Shown here one piece after another: positions 10,753-23,499 of a DNA stretch of 64,000 bases. Every line of letters begins with the position of its first letter. Position 1 is the stretch's first letter. The stretch covers positions 248,001-312,000 of the forward strand of contig JAYWIR010000020.1 in assembly GCA_036172245.1 (NCBI GenBank), in the 5' to 3' direction. Source of the DNA: Raillietiella orientalis (taxonomy: Eukaryota). The notes beneath the pieces are model-generated. The model worked only from the letters and a program-made list of their open reading frames with translations, was not told the DNA's origin and ran no database searches. A program made the position numbers and the translations under genes.

Positions 10753-12619
10753 TTTCTAGTGCAGGAATTTTTTTTTGTGTGTCTTCTAGGTGCGAGAAAT
10801 CTTTGTTGCTAAGCAACAATTCTGATTTTCCGCATGCATCCGAGAGCGAGACTTTTCGAGCTGCGCGCGGTGACCGCCGCCAACTCCCTTGCGTCCACGA
10901 GCCCACCACCTCCGAACTCCGGAAGAGAAGAATCGCGGTGCATTGCCTTGCACGTCCTTAGAGCGCATTCTTGGAAGAGTGCTGCCCTCCTGGAGCACCA
11001 TGGCAGATAATGTGATACAAGGGAAGCAGACGAATCTGCCGCAACCTCCTAAAGTTCAGTCCAGGGTTCAACTTCCCGAGACGCGATTCACTTTGGATAG
11101 AGGGAGACCAGCCTCCGGACCACTCGCGACGCATCTCCAGGGAAGGTCGCGGATGGAAACGTTCCTTGTTCGCGCAGGGGTAGGTGCAAGTGTCGCCACC
11201 GTGCGGACGAGTTTCTGGTGATAGAGCGACAGCAAGGATGCACCGCGCCGAGTAACGGAGCCGACGGATACAGCAACCCGAAAGGCAGATAGGGACCGCT
11301 GCCTTTCGGATTGCTGAATAGGTGGGGACCGCTGCTCGGCCACCATCGCTCGAGTTACGAGCCCTCGGCGGGTTGAGGTTTCGAGGGGCATCCACGGACT
11401 CCGTTAGGCACGAAGACAAGCCAGAAGGGACTTGGAGGAACCTGGAGATCAGCAGTTCTTTGTCGGCTCGCGCGAGAAAGGAGAAAATCACGTAGTCACA
11501 TCAACAAGCGGCTTCGGCATGTGTGTGGCCAGAGCCCATTTCTTCGAAGTCCTCAAACACAATCGGCTGACCGACACTGACGTGCAGAAACCCCATCCGA
11601 GAGTAGGAGATTCCAACGTTTCCTTCCCTGTCAGGTGCGAAGGAAACGGATAGCTCGGTCTGGCCGACGATTGGTGCCCAGCCATACACGCGTGAGAACT
11701 TTTTAAGCTGACCCTCGGCTTACTTTTTACTACCTGCCTCCAGGGGTTCTTCTCCTTCAGAGTGCACTGCAACAGGGGATGCTTCAAGAGCACTGTTGTG
11801 GTCTGGGCATCTTGGCACCCCTGCCGTGAAGAATGGCCTCACAGTAAAGGATGTGGTAGATTAGCTTGTGGTTTGTTGTGAGTCATCCCAGTTTGGAATC
11901 CCCAGGAAACGGCCGGTATTCTTCGATTCCTTGCACTGTTGCTGCATATCCGGGATCAACGTGGAAGGTTTACGTCACTCAACAAGATGCATTTCCAGCG
12001 TTCTTTCTTCCGGTGTGGTCTGAAAAAGTTCACGAGGAACAGGTAAGCTGCTTCCGGTCATAGCGCCTTCTCGTTTCGGAGTATTCGGGATCACATCCTC
12101 ATTAATGACCACCTGTATTTGTGCCTTGGTCAACGAAGTAACTAGGATACGAGAGACGCTGTCGGACCACGCCCGGATGGGACTCGAAGTGCTCCCACGT
12201 AGGAAAGAATCTCCCTCGAACGCGCAGCATCTATCAGGCAGACGGCCGAACCTCACGGAAGCAACGGAGCTCTCCCGAGACTTCCCTCTGTGTTCCTCCG
12301 TGCAAGAAGCCCGAGAAATGGGAGGAAAAAAAATACTCGGAGAGAGTTCTGCAGGGACCTCCATGATGAACGCCTTCCCTCTGGCTCCGGCCAGGAATGT
12401 GCAAGGAGCGCGCTTTCTCCTTTACACCTGTTCATGCCAGGTCATTCTAGGTCATCTGTTTACGCAGAAACTGTCACGCAAAAAAAGAAAAAATCCCTTC
12501 GTAGTGGAATCGAAACTCCTACTACATCTGTTGGAGTCCCGGAAGCATCTCTGCTGGCAACAAGCTCCCCAACGACGTCTACTCAGGGAGAACTGAGAAA
12601 AAAGAAGAAAAATAATGGA

Positions 12620-15600
12620 AACAAAAAGAATTGCTTTTTCAAGAGTGAGAGATAGGGGAGGGATTACAGAAACCTCTCTGGTGTCCTCTGCATACCGTCC
12701 AGAACTCCGACAAGTTCCTCCTTAAAAGACCACAGATTGTGGCCATCTTTTCGTCGTCTTGACGAAGAAGGCACGACGGTGATGGCGTTCCTGTTGATAT
12801 GGTTTCTTCCAGCACAGTTTTTTGCTATCATGGCTTTGCGAAAGCATCAGGAGGCTAAGACTGCAGGTAACATCATACGAAGAGGGACATCAAAACGTCC
12901 GTCGGCAGCTGGAAGACTTTGGCAAAACGCTCCAATACACTCTGGTGGACATCCCATTCCGCCAACAGGTGGGGAAAGGACTCGACTTCATCACGCCTGG
13001 AGCAGTTCGGATTCCTGTGGTTCACTAGTGTCTGCGCGTCCTGCAAGGAAGAATTCAATATAACTGCAGGTCCTGAAGTTTAGGGAAAACATGTAGCTTT
13101 ACATTCCAAAACTTAGGACAGCTTCGTCAAGCGAGCATACGGATGGAAGGACTGGTATCTTTCTTCCTAAGCCCACGCTCTAGATCTTTCAGGAGAATCT
13201 CCAGGAGCTCTTCCCGGTGGAGAAATCCTTAATGATTATACCTCTGGGACACTTAAGATCTTGACATAGGAAAGTTGATGAGCTGATCTCAGAACACCTC
13301 GGGTTTCTCTACTTCTTCCAAGGGTGATCCTACAAGATCTGCTCAGCAGAGAAGTCTTTGGGAAGGACCTGTGGTGTGGCTGCCCGTAGTCAGGTGACGA
13401 CGCACGGTCCATTTGCCTAAAAGTTTCCTGCGATTTCTCAGATGGCTTTCTATATTGCCAACTGGCAGCTGTCATTGCTTTCTCGTAGGGAGGAAAGCGC
13501 TATGGCAAAGGGGTGCCTTCTGCCCACGTGCTCTTCCTGGAGCTCTAGACAATTTCCTGCAATAAGCAACGATCGGACTTGGAAAATTGCAAACACCCGA
13601 ATTGCTGCGGACTCGTTTCGTGGATTTCCTCCGCGTATGAACTGCTTCCTGTAACCAAGCACTGTAGCTTGAGGTGAGAAAAGAGACCCATGCGTTCTTC
13701 TTCTCCAAGCCAACCATATGCTGAAGTCCATACCCGCATTGGGCCAAGCTTGGAAAGCATACGAAGAAAGATGCCAGTCCTTCCATCCGGCTGCTCGCTT
13801 GATGAAGAGTGCAGGGATGCACCAGAGGATGATCCAATGCCTGGATTCCATAGTCAGTCCAAATCGGAGCTGTATCGCTCCATCCTTTCCAACGTCAGAG
13901 GGCCATGCCTCCCATTCCAAAGCAGAGCTACCATGTCTTCCACTTGAACACAGGGCCGCACTGTTCCACACAGAAATTTCTTCAGGAGTCCTCTGTCCAC
14001 TTCTTTACTTCGCAGGAGTAGAGCAAACAAAAAGCAGGGGGAGCAGGAGGGAAGTCGCGAAGGAGTTCCACACCGCAGCTCGTTCCGGAAAAAGGAGCTT
14101 GCCATCCAGAAACCTGTCGAGAGCTTGCCTTTGACTTTGGGAGACAGCCGGACCAGACCTCTGCTAAGCATAAGTCCCCTTAATAGAACATCAAGGCACT
14201 GGAAGTACTCACGGGGAGATGATCGTAGAGATCCTTAAGGGGATCCAGTCCAGCTCACGCCGAACCAATGGGAGCCATTCAAGGTTTCTCATGCCCACAG
14301 CATCCCCACCCGTTGATGGGAATTACAAAGGAAAATAAACATACAAAGTGGGACTTCAGTCTTATAAGTACAGCAGCATAAAAAAGGGGAATAAACTTTC
14401 GACTCGTAGGTCGGCTACACAAGAGGACACGGAGGGTTGAAGGGAGGGATGAAAGTCACCGGTTAAACCTTCCGTGCCTTCTCCAGTCTTTGAGATACAT
14501 CAGCGGCATTCAATTTCGCTTCTTCGGATGGGACCATTAGCCTACTCCTTGTCGCTGAGGTGCGAGGTGTGTATGGTCATCTGTCCCTGCTGGCACATCT
14601 CCTGCATATACTGGGAAGACACGATCATCCTGATACAAGATTGGGCGAAAGCCCGTCATGCGTGGAGTAGTGCCCCCTGGGAGTGTCCTTACGAGGGAAC
14701 TTTGCATTTAGGCTGAGGAGACCGCAAGGGTCTCTCCAGGACGACGGCCTCACGTATCCCCTATTCTGTCGGTCACCGTTGCGGCAGGGAATCGTCAGCA
14801 AGGTAGGCAACCCTGGATAATCCCTTATAACAAATCCTCTGGGGCTGCATTGAAAAGTTGACATACTTCAGCAATGCACCCCCTTTGCTGACCTGGTTTT
14901 CCGCAACCAGGAATCACGTGCGGAAGTGTCCCCACTATACCGCAGTCAATGCTCTCATTGGGCACTCTGTACGCCGAGGCATGGCGATGTTCCTGATATC
15001 AGAGGATGAGAACCCAGTACACCAGAAAGATGGAGGTCCTGCTGATGGCAAAGAGGGAGGAGAGGAGGCGTCCATCAGGAAGCTGAAGATCTCTAATTTC
15101 CCATTGAAGATGCTGAGAAACTCCATCCACCTTTGCAGGCCTTCGTCCGGATCTTTTGGTGCAACTTCATCCGTCAGCCGAGACGTTTCCCGGTGAGAGA
15201 TATGTCTCGTAAACATCGCCAGCCGGCAGTTCGCCTCCCATGTTGCAGGGATATCCATCGATTCCTCTTCCCATCGATGCAGAAGGGGATTCATGAAGTC
15301 CTGAAGAGTCTCCTCTGGGTACTGGCAAGCAGACGATCTTCCGAAGTATCTCTCTCAGGAGGAGTTCCTCCAGACATTCCATGGCACTGTTGTTGGAAAA
15401 GGCTGGACTTTACAAGCGCTTTCCAATTAACTCCTGCCGACTCATGCGTTCCTGTCAAGCGGGCGATGTACTTGCCTGCTCAAAGGAACTTATCCCGTTA
15501 TCATTAACCTTATCCCCCAGCTAATCGCAGCGAGTTGCAACCAGATTTCCGGAGACGCCTTCTTCAGGTGTCCCAGAGACTTGCGGCGCCTGCAAAATTC

Positions 15601-17300
15601 CGACTCCCATACCAGACATCAACGATTCCGTCATCGTCGATGTGCCATTCGTGAGGAATAGCTGAGCTGCGTAGCACTGTCATTTGAGCTCTGGCCAACC
15701 CATCGAATACTTTAAAAGATTGATGGAGCATGAACTGACTCCGGATCGCATGGACAGTGAACCCTTCAGGCTAGTGGTATCTCGGACTGCGGGCGCGCTT
15801 ACCCGGAAGACCGACTCTGCACGAAGCGCAAGAGCATAGTAGCAAAGATACGCTCTGCCACCTCTGTTCTGCTCCCTTGCAGAGACCGGCTCTGCTTTAA
15901 TCAGTAGGAGCCGTTCTTTGGCTGCTGTTCTGTCAAGACGCCCCTCTCTTTGTCGCAAGGAATCGTCGTCGTAAAGAACGTTTGCAAAGCCTCGGCGGTG
16001 TGGCTAGAGGTGTGGATGTGGCGGACAACTAGTTCCGACACTCCGGCTGAAAGATATGCGGAGTCTGCAAGGACTTCTTTCTCTTTCCAGAGCTAGGCAA
16101 TCGGCGAACAACTCACTCAATCATGTCATGTTCTCTTCCCTTTCTAGTTGGACACGATCGGTGAGGAGATTTCTCAGACGAGTGGCGACAGGGAGCAGGG
16201 GTGTGTGCACGGTTGCCCTTCGCAACGGACCTACTTTCCCTCCGGTTTCCAGGAAGTCTTCAGCAAGGGAGAAAGGTCGCATCGCATGGACAGGGAAGGA
16301 ACCCCGTGTGCATTGTCTGGCAGATGCTGCTGAGGAGTTTTGGAGGTGGTTGCAGGAGAGGCCACGGCCGTCTCGCAGCATCAACGAAGGCCGCTATCAG
16401 CCTCTCTTGCGCGAGCCAGCTCTCTTCGACACATTCCTCCACGAGGTTTCGGGTCATAGCGAATCCCTCTGTCAGGAGCGAGCCGCCGCAGCAGGTCCGC
16501 CGAGGTGAAGTCTGTCTGATCCTTCGCGAGGGGCTGCGTTAGACGGAGGAACCTGTGCTTAAGGGTGCAGAGCGACACACGTCCAGACCTGCTACACGTG
16601 CCCTTCTGCGGTACCGGTGGACATCGCTCCGAACTCGGTTCTTTGCAAGGATGCACGCGGAATGCCGATCGCCATTGCGCAAGTCCTGAGATGGCTGCAG
16701 CCGAAAGTGCGGGTATGTCGGGTAGGCAGAGGACATCGAAACGGAGGCTCATCTCGAAGGGAAAGGGAAGGAGCGGGTGAAAAGGTAGGCAGCTCAGAGC
16801 ATCGCGCTTGTCGAATTGAAGATGCTAAGGAGAATGTCAAGTGCTCACCATCGCCATTACCCTCCCCTTCTCCCCCAGGGGAGCATCGGCAGTAATTTCG
16901 GAGAGCCAGCTCCTTTTTGCACGGGCTTCCATGAGATACGCCTGCTTGGTGAGTGTTCAGAGTGAACCAGAAAGAAGAAGGGACAGGGATAGATGAAAAG
17001 AATGTAAGAGAAGGAAGGGAAGATTCCGTGTTGCTTCTGAGAAGCAGGAGTGTCGAATGCTTCAGTATCTGACTCAGTTTTTCTGCGACGAGATCTCCTA
17101 TGAGCACGGGAGCGACTCGGGATTCCTCCATAGAACAGCAAGTGAGCACCAAGGCGGAGTCTCGGTCTTGGTGCAGCTGGAATGGCGACGGACCGTTCGT
17201 TAACCGGTGGTGAGATGAGGCAGATGGAGCCATCCAACTGAAGCTGGATTGTGCCTCAGGGTTAAGAGTGGAGAGCGTGGCCAGGGTTTAGGTGGGCTGT
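12620..17300 (-). mobile_element. Heavily decayed, near full-length ORF2 of L1/Tx1-like LINE (5' boundary uncertain, perhaps to ~18.2 kb)
   Basis: Minus-strand motifs in the expected order across frameshifts: VLIGDL (~17100, endonuclease GDFN-like), MSRQELI/HGMSGGTPPE (~15.4 kb, pre-RT), LFNAA (~14850), YLADD (14791-14805), EEERMGLFSHLKLQCL (~13.7 kb, GGLG-like), LPCRTR..NPNCSRRDEVESFPHLL (~13.0 kb, zinc knuckle), FKEELVGVLDGMQRT (~12.7 kb). The last segment is also similar at nucleotide level to 31.39-31.44 kb. Confidence 0.7.
14320..14670 (-). mobile_element. Short 3'-end LINE copy nested inside the RT region of the 12.6-17.3 kb element
   Basis: The reverse complement of ~14520-14640 (tcaggatgatcgtgtcttcccagtatatgcaggagatgtgccagcagggac...aatggtcccatccgaagaagc) clearly matches plus-strand 53453-53570 (tcaggatggtcgtattttcctagtatacgcaggaagtgtgccagcagggac...aatggtctcatctgaagaagc). 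A T-rich 3' tail follows on the minus strand. Confidence 0.65.
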
Positions 17301-19299
17301 TTCTTCGCCCCTGCCTAGCTGCCAGAGGCGACTTCCAAAGGAGGGGATCCAAGGGCTTTTTTTCTGCTCTGCGGATGCTGCCTGCTAGTAGGTACTGCTG
17401 CGAAGGAGGGTGCCTGTTTTCAGAGTGCCTCGGGCCTTTTCGTTTGGTTGGGAAGAAGAGAGAACGTCCAATGAGGCTATTGTCCTTTTTTATCGAGTGG
17501 CAGAGCTGACAGATTTGCCGTCCCTTCGAGCAACCTGACGCATCAACGCAAGGCGCCACTTGGGTACCACCATCGACAAGGAGTTTCCTGATTATTGAGG
17601 CAGACGAGTTCCGAGGTGCCTCTCCGCGCTTCTTAGAATGCTTGAATGCTGGCCCATGGATTTCTCGTTATTTACGTCCACCTGGGATGTGAGGACAGAC
17701 TGCAGAAGTAACGGAGTCTAGGTGTAGGCTTGGGGCGTTTCCATGACCATAGTTCTTGTCATGCAAAGGCTCTCTTGAGGATGCGGTGGTGAGCAATTTA
17801 TTCGTTGCTTGTTGTGGCGTTGGTTTGCGATCTTGCTTGTCTGCTTGCTGTGTTCCGGATGAGGAAGAGGGAAAGGGACCCATTGTTGTTCTTTCTAGGA
17901 TTTGTGACTGTTCCTTCTTCTTGCTTTCCTTACTGACAGACGTCCCGTTTAGAGGTGCCGGTCGTGCTCGAATTCTCTGTGATTCACATGGTTCGAAAGA
18001 TGGTGCACAGCATGTTGGTTGGAGAATGGGGGAGGAATTTCTCGTTTCCAGCCAGTGGCTTGTTTCCAAGGCACAGTAATTCCTTTGAAAGGAACTTCTG
18101 AGCTTTTTACATGCCAGTCTTTTGCGGGTTTTGGTTCCATTACAGTCTATAAGAATTGTGCGGAAGTTTTCCTTTTTTCTGGATAGGAAGTGCAAGGAAC
18201 GTGAACATGGAATATTTTCATGGATTGCTTTTTGTTCACCTTCTCCCAACTTAATCTCCATGAGAAATTCTATTTACTTTTAAGTGCATTTAGATGTTTT
18301 CTAATTCGTAATACATTTCCTTTTTGTTGGAGGTCTCTCCTGAAATTCTTAGTCACTTTGCTGTTTTCCCCGAATGCCTGGATGGATGGATGTTTGCTGA
18401 CTTTTCTGCCCTCTCCGTGCAGAGTACTGCTCAGTAGGAACCTCGGCTGCTTGTCTCTTCGAAATCCTCTCGCTGTTATTCAGGAAAGGGAGATCGTAAC
18501 ATCTTGTGCAACCGGCATCTGGAATGCAGCATGTATGCACACCTCAATAGAATGCTTAATCTTCCCTCATTGCTCTGCAACGGTTGAGCATTTGTCGCTC
18601 TGCAACGGTTGGGCTTTGTGCCTTATGGTTTTTTTTCTTCTTGGAGTTTTCTGTCCTCATTCGACACTTTGTTTAGAGCAAGGAATGCGCTTTTGAGATG
18701 ACACTAATGACCGATAGGTCATGCTGAGCAGCCGAGAAGATTGAACTTTAAGTGGTTTTTAGTTGTTTTCTGTTTTTTTATACGTTTCGTTTATCATGAA
18801 ATGATGCTGAGGAAATGGATCAAACTCACACTATGCGAATAGCATCTCAACGAAAATTTCAACTGAAAGGGAGCTCAGTGGGATGTTTTGCTATAGTCTG
18901 GCTATGGTCATGAGATTTGAACTTCTCAATGCTCAGGAACCGTAGATAAAAGAGTGGATTTTTTGGACGCGTATATAAACTCTTTCATGAAACCTCTATC
19001 GTCCCTTATGCCTAATGAATTTCATATTTTTATATTCTGTCGGTCCAAAAATCAAGGATGCAGACTTGTGTTTTCTAGCTTCGGAGATCATAGAAATCCA
19101 ATTTTCACGATCTCCAAAGTTGTAGGGTGAACACAAGGCTGCAGTGCAGCCTCAGTTCCTCTGATCTTACCGATGAACCCACCACTTGAAATATTCATTA
19201 CACAGCAATTACTCGATGAAACTTATATAATCAAGTCCACTAGGAGTAGCACAATCTCCAGCATAATTACTCGATGATCCTTTGAATTTATGTAAACTT

Positions 19300-20150
19300 G
19301 GTTTTCGACTCGAAGGTCGAGCTCCATAGAATTGCTGTACCTTGGATTATAAGACTAGGTAATTTGTATTTTCCTTGGAATTTGAGCTAAACAAGGATTG
19401 TTTGGATGGAAACCGACTACTGCTGCACCTAGTGGCCTTCACGGATTAATCCGTACAGTTCCTCCTGCCGTTAATAAGAACGCCGCAGATAGCATAGAAC
19501 ACAGTTGCGGAGTTTGCCTCATCCAGTCCAAACCCTCTGATTAATACTCATCTTTAATCACATTCAGTGATCCCATTGGATGCACGCAAGTGTTCCAGAT
19601 CAGGGTCTCCCCAAACCAGCTGCGATTTCCATATGCAGAAAAATCACAAAGTAAGCAAATGAATTCAAGCAAACACTCCCTGATTCCAGAATAAATCTCA
19701 CTCAACTAATAAACATCAACTGGTTGCGCAATCCAATGAACATGCACGTGCTTCATTCTCCACGAACTCTGAGTTCGTGAGTGCTCACCACATCACTAAT
19801 CGAAGTAACCACATCGCTACCTTGAAGGGAACCAAGAGGAACACAAGACAGATCTCATCCCCGTCTCCATTGTTTCTTAGAGGAGAAACCATTAAAACCT
19901 TCCTATTTGCCTCCATAAACAGCAAATCGGAACAGCACTCCAGCTATTCCATCGCAAATGTCCCACGAACCTACAAAAGTTTCACGTGATTGTCGGCCGG
20001 CCACACTTCTGCTGACCAAAGCATGATGAACTTCCCTTGACCAGCCAGCTACAAGCCTTGCATTCAGATGCCATCTTTAAGCTCCTAAGCATGCCCTGAA
20101 AGCTATTGGTATATTCTTTCTTGTCAGCTCATGTTAATTTTTTTTTTTCT
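19300..20150 (+). mobile_element. Possible very old L1-like 3' remnant
   Basis: SPLFLRGETIKTFLFAS resembles a decayed CPxC..ETxxHLFxxC knuckle; weak W..P..GGLG-like segment near 19.42 kb; T-rich tract at ~20140. Confidence 0.25.
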
Positions 20151-20949
20151 TTTCTCTCCCCTCACTAATAAATTCTTGAAATTCTTAATCCGTTCACATG
20201 ATAACGAATTCCTCAAAGCCGAAGACGAACCTCATTTTCAATGAAAAATTGGTCGTGATTCCTCAGGCAATCTGGTGGAACCAGACCGGTGGATCTACCC
20301 CCCTTCTGGTTCTTCTACATTGCGTGAGGAATTCCCAGTCGAAAACCTTTTTGTAGCATTCGTTTCCAAATACTAATAGACGCCCACATGGACAACAGAT
20401 TTGAATATCAGTGTGGTTTCCATTGAAGTTCCAAGATCACCTTTTAGTTAGCCTTGTTTTTTGTTCCAGTTTCTTATAGCAAAGCATTGGCTGCAAAATC
20501 ATTATTTACACAATGCTTTCCTAGATTTTCATAAGGATCGTTGCAAGGACTTCGATTCTAAAGTCTTTCCGTTCCGGTTTTATATAATTGCAGATGGTAC
20601 CTTCTAATAGGTATGTCGAAGCATTTGTCATCATTCATTCGATTGAATGTTTTTATGGAACTGTAAGTAAAAGCACGAAATCAGTGCTTTTGCAGCCACT
20701 CAACTGTTATTCTTACGCTATTTTTTTTTAATTTTTTTTACAGGATCAAGCACCACCACAGTGGACTCCCGGATGGTTTTCTGTTGACAAATCCAGGAAG
20801 GACAACACTTTAAAAATGAAAAAAATAAATTCATTGAACAGCCAACTCTAGGCTTCCGGTGTTTCGTTCCAAATCTGCGCTCCTCTTTAACCAGCTACCA
20901 ATATTCCTTGCATGACCAAAAAGGCTGTTTCGTATATTGCCGTTAGGTG

Positions 20950-21890
20950 AATCCCGATTAAACCACGTGACATTTTAATGTAAGTTCATTACCCAAGGCA
21001 GGGAGATCTGCGTGCTTAGAGTGTATTGGCAATTTGATGCTACCCTCGCGAATATTCTGCGCATTCAAAAGAAATGTACTAAATGTAGTCTGAATGCTCT
21101 CAAGATTACCGGACGGAGAGTTTTCCCATTCGATAAACACAGCATTCGCATAGTCCAAGTATTCCACCCCTTCTTCTCGGCACCTATCTCATGTACAAAG
21201 ATCTGAGATGAATCTCTGAGATCGCAGGGAAGTTTCAATTTTGTTCTCATGCTGATTCTAAAATTTTAAAGAGAAGCAGTCACACATTCATCAACTTGAA
21301 CCACCAGCGTACTGAACCTCAAACGATACCCATTGCACTTTCCAAAATCCAAAATATTGCAATTTGCTATCACGGCCAGTTTTTCTATCGAAAATGAGGT
21401 GACTCTGATAATCAAAGCACCGGCCTACCAAGCACATCCTCAAAATAACACTTCCCTTTTTTGTGTGTGTTTCCTTACTACGAAACTGCTGTTGTGAATG
21501 CAGTAGTTTATATTATTGATCTCTATTGCGAACTAAATAGTGTCAACACTTGACTCCTGCAGATTCTGCAAATTCAGCTTCTCATCACGGTCCACAACCC
21601 GCACTGCATTTCAGAAAAGATGCGAACTTTTCATCTTTGCAAATTTTCAACGAATGCGCAAACTAGCACCCGGATTTTCGCGACCGAATGGTGATTCCCT
21701 CGCAGCCACTGGACCCATTACGACCAATCCTCTCAAACACTTACCGTGGATTTGATTCAGGATTTTCCTTCTACATGCGGAATGGATATTCATTCCGATG
21801 TACGCACTTAATAAACTGTAATTTCTGGATTTATTGGAACGTATATACGTTGAAACAGATATGTGCACCGGAATAGCATCTATAAGCATT
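20950..21890 (-). mobile_element. Decayed RT/thumb fragment of a CR1/L2-like LINE
   Basis: GKCLRGLVVMGPVA ~ GVPQGSVLGPLL; KFAKMK ~ LFADDxK; YLDYANAVF...NLESIQ ~ the LEYASxVW...LESVQ thumb signature of CR1/L2 elements; motifs in the correct order. Confidence 0.4.
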
Positions 21891-21899
21891 GGAGCAATG

Positions 21900-22856
21900 C
21901 AGTCGGCCTCCGTATAACGCGGATTTCGTACAACGCGGGAAAATCAGCTCCGTACGACGCTGCGGATAACCGTTATTTTGTGGTATAGTGTCAGTTCATC
22001 TGTTTTTCAAAAAAATACAAACACGTGATTTAAATTGGTTGAATTTCTTGTTTTTCATGCTGTAAAGAAATCTCCCCCCCCCCCTTCTTTTCTTGTTTCC
22101 CTTTTAGACAGATTCATTGACACTGAGAAAGGAACCAATTTGAACAGAAAGTTTACATCTCTGGAAAAGAAATCTGTCCCAAAATTGTAATTAGAGGACA
22201 CTTATTGCTGGTAGAGAAAATGTATATTGCTATGATCATCGAAGAAATAGATGGCAATAGAGGTAAATCGTATAAGGGTTTTTGCTTTGGTTGGAAAGTG
22301 ATCTGAGACATGAACAAAGAGGACATTAGTGAATAGTGATCAAGATTCAGAGAACTGGTAGTACATAGTCGGTTTCCCATGTTTTCAGTGAGGAGGAAGA
22401 AAGTTGGCTATGGATTCTGAATGAATGATTGGAACTGACAAAAGCTAGAAGCACATTTTCCGAAGAATGGTTCTTCGATAGTCACTCTCTTAAATTTAAG
22501 AGACAATTGCAAGATTGCACTGCTCCATACTTCGAAATCCAAAGAGTCGGAAAGGTCAGCAAGAAAACTCTAACATCTCTGAAATTTTTGTGAATGAAAC
22601 AGCGCAAGAAAATGCCTTTTTCAATACTGAGAATTATAGATCTGAACTGTAGAATGATTTAAATTGATTACATATCAATAAAATTCTTTACGAAAAATTT
22701 TTTCACTTTTAATTTGTTCCTTCTTGTTCCAAAGTGAAGCGGACATTCTGCTGATACATTTTATATCCTCCGTAAACACTATCTTATTATCCATGGGCAA
22801 TCCAACGCCGACTCGTACAACACGGAACAGCGCCCACATTATACGGAGGCACACAA
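21900..22856 (+). mobile_element. pogo/Tigger-like (Tc1/mariner superfamily) internally deleted DNA transposon relic
   Basis: Inverted 12-nt cores gcctccgtataa (21906-21917) / ttatacggaggc (22839-22850). Left end starts CAGT. Subterminal repeats tcgtacaac(g/a)cgg near both ends. Internal DSHSLKFKRQLQDCTAPYFEI (~22477-22540) resembles the Tigger-type transposase C-terminus. Confidence 0.6.
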
Positions 22857-23499
22857 TATCTTTCACTCGGGAAAAGCATCTATATACGTTAGAATAACAT
22901 ATAGATATACATTGAAACAGCATTTTCTAATGTCTTGTCCTAATTCCCCTTCATAAATGATCCTGATAAATCGGAATCTTCCTGGATATACGCACCATTC
23001 AATCAAACAGTTCTTCAATACAATCATCTAACGCACTCAAACATGAACTATAAATTTCTGCTTCATGAACTTTTCTAATAGAAATATTCCGTTTGATTCT
23101 TTTGCATTTAGAAATATTCTTTATCATTTTGACACTTTCCCTTTAATATATTCATGAATATTTTGGAGCTGTTCCATTTTTCTAAAGTTAACTCAGTCAA
23201 GTGCTTATTTCTGCAATGGGGCTCATGCGCTTGTTTTATTTCTGCGATGTGCCTCGTGGACTTCAGAGGCAAATCGCATGGTCTTCAGCACCTTAGTCTG
23301 CACCGTTGTGCTCTCGGTAGGGCACCTAGGACAGCTTCTTTTCCGATTATTCCCATCGTGTGAAGGCAGAGACTCCGCAAGTCTGGAAGCTTCACTTTGA
23401 CGCCTACAGTTGACTGCTAGTGAAGAGTTGATGCCTTGATGAAACAGTTCGGCTGACGACCTTTGCACGCTCAGAAACGAATTCGGGTTCCATCTGAAT

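Noticed and set aside
15133..15507. Plus-strand LDFTSAF resembling the RT LDFxKAF motif
   Set aside because: Isolated, and antisense to the ordered minus-strand LINE motifs.
17668..18261. 197-aa ORF with DCNG...CALETSH resembling an APE endonuclease N-terminus
   Set aside because: Spacing to the other endonuclease-like motifs is inconsistent; may be LINE-derived but cannot be supported as a separate feature.
18571..18620. Short tandem duplications (gctctgcaacggttg x2; also aaaatatttcttattca x2 near 56642-56682)
   Set aside because: Two-copy local slippage duplications with no array structure; not CRISPR-like, and the window is eukaryotic.
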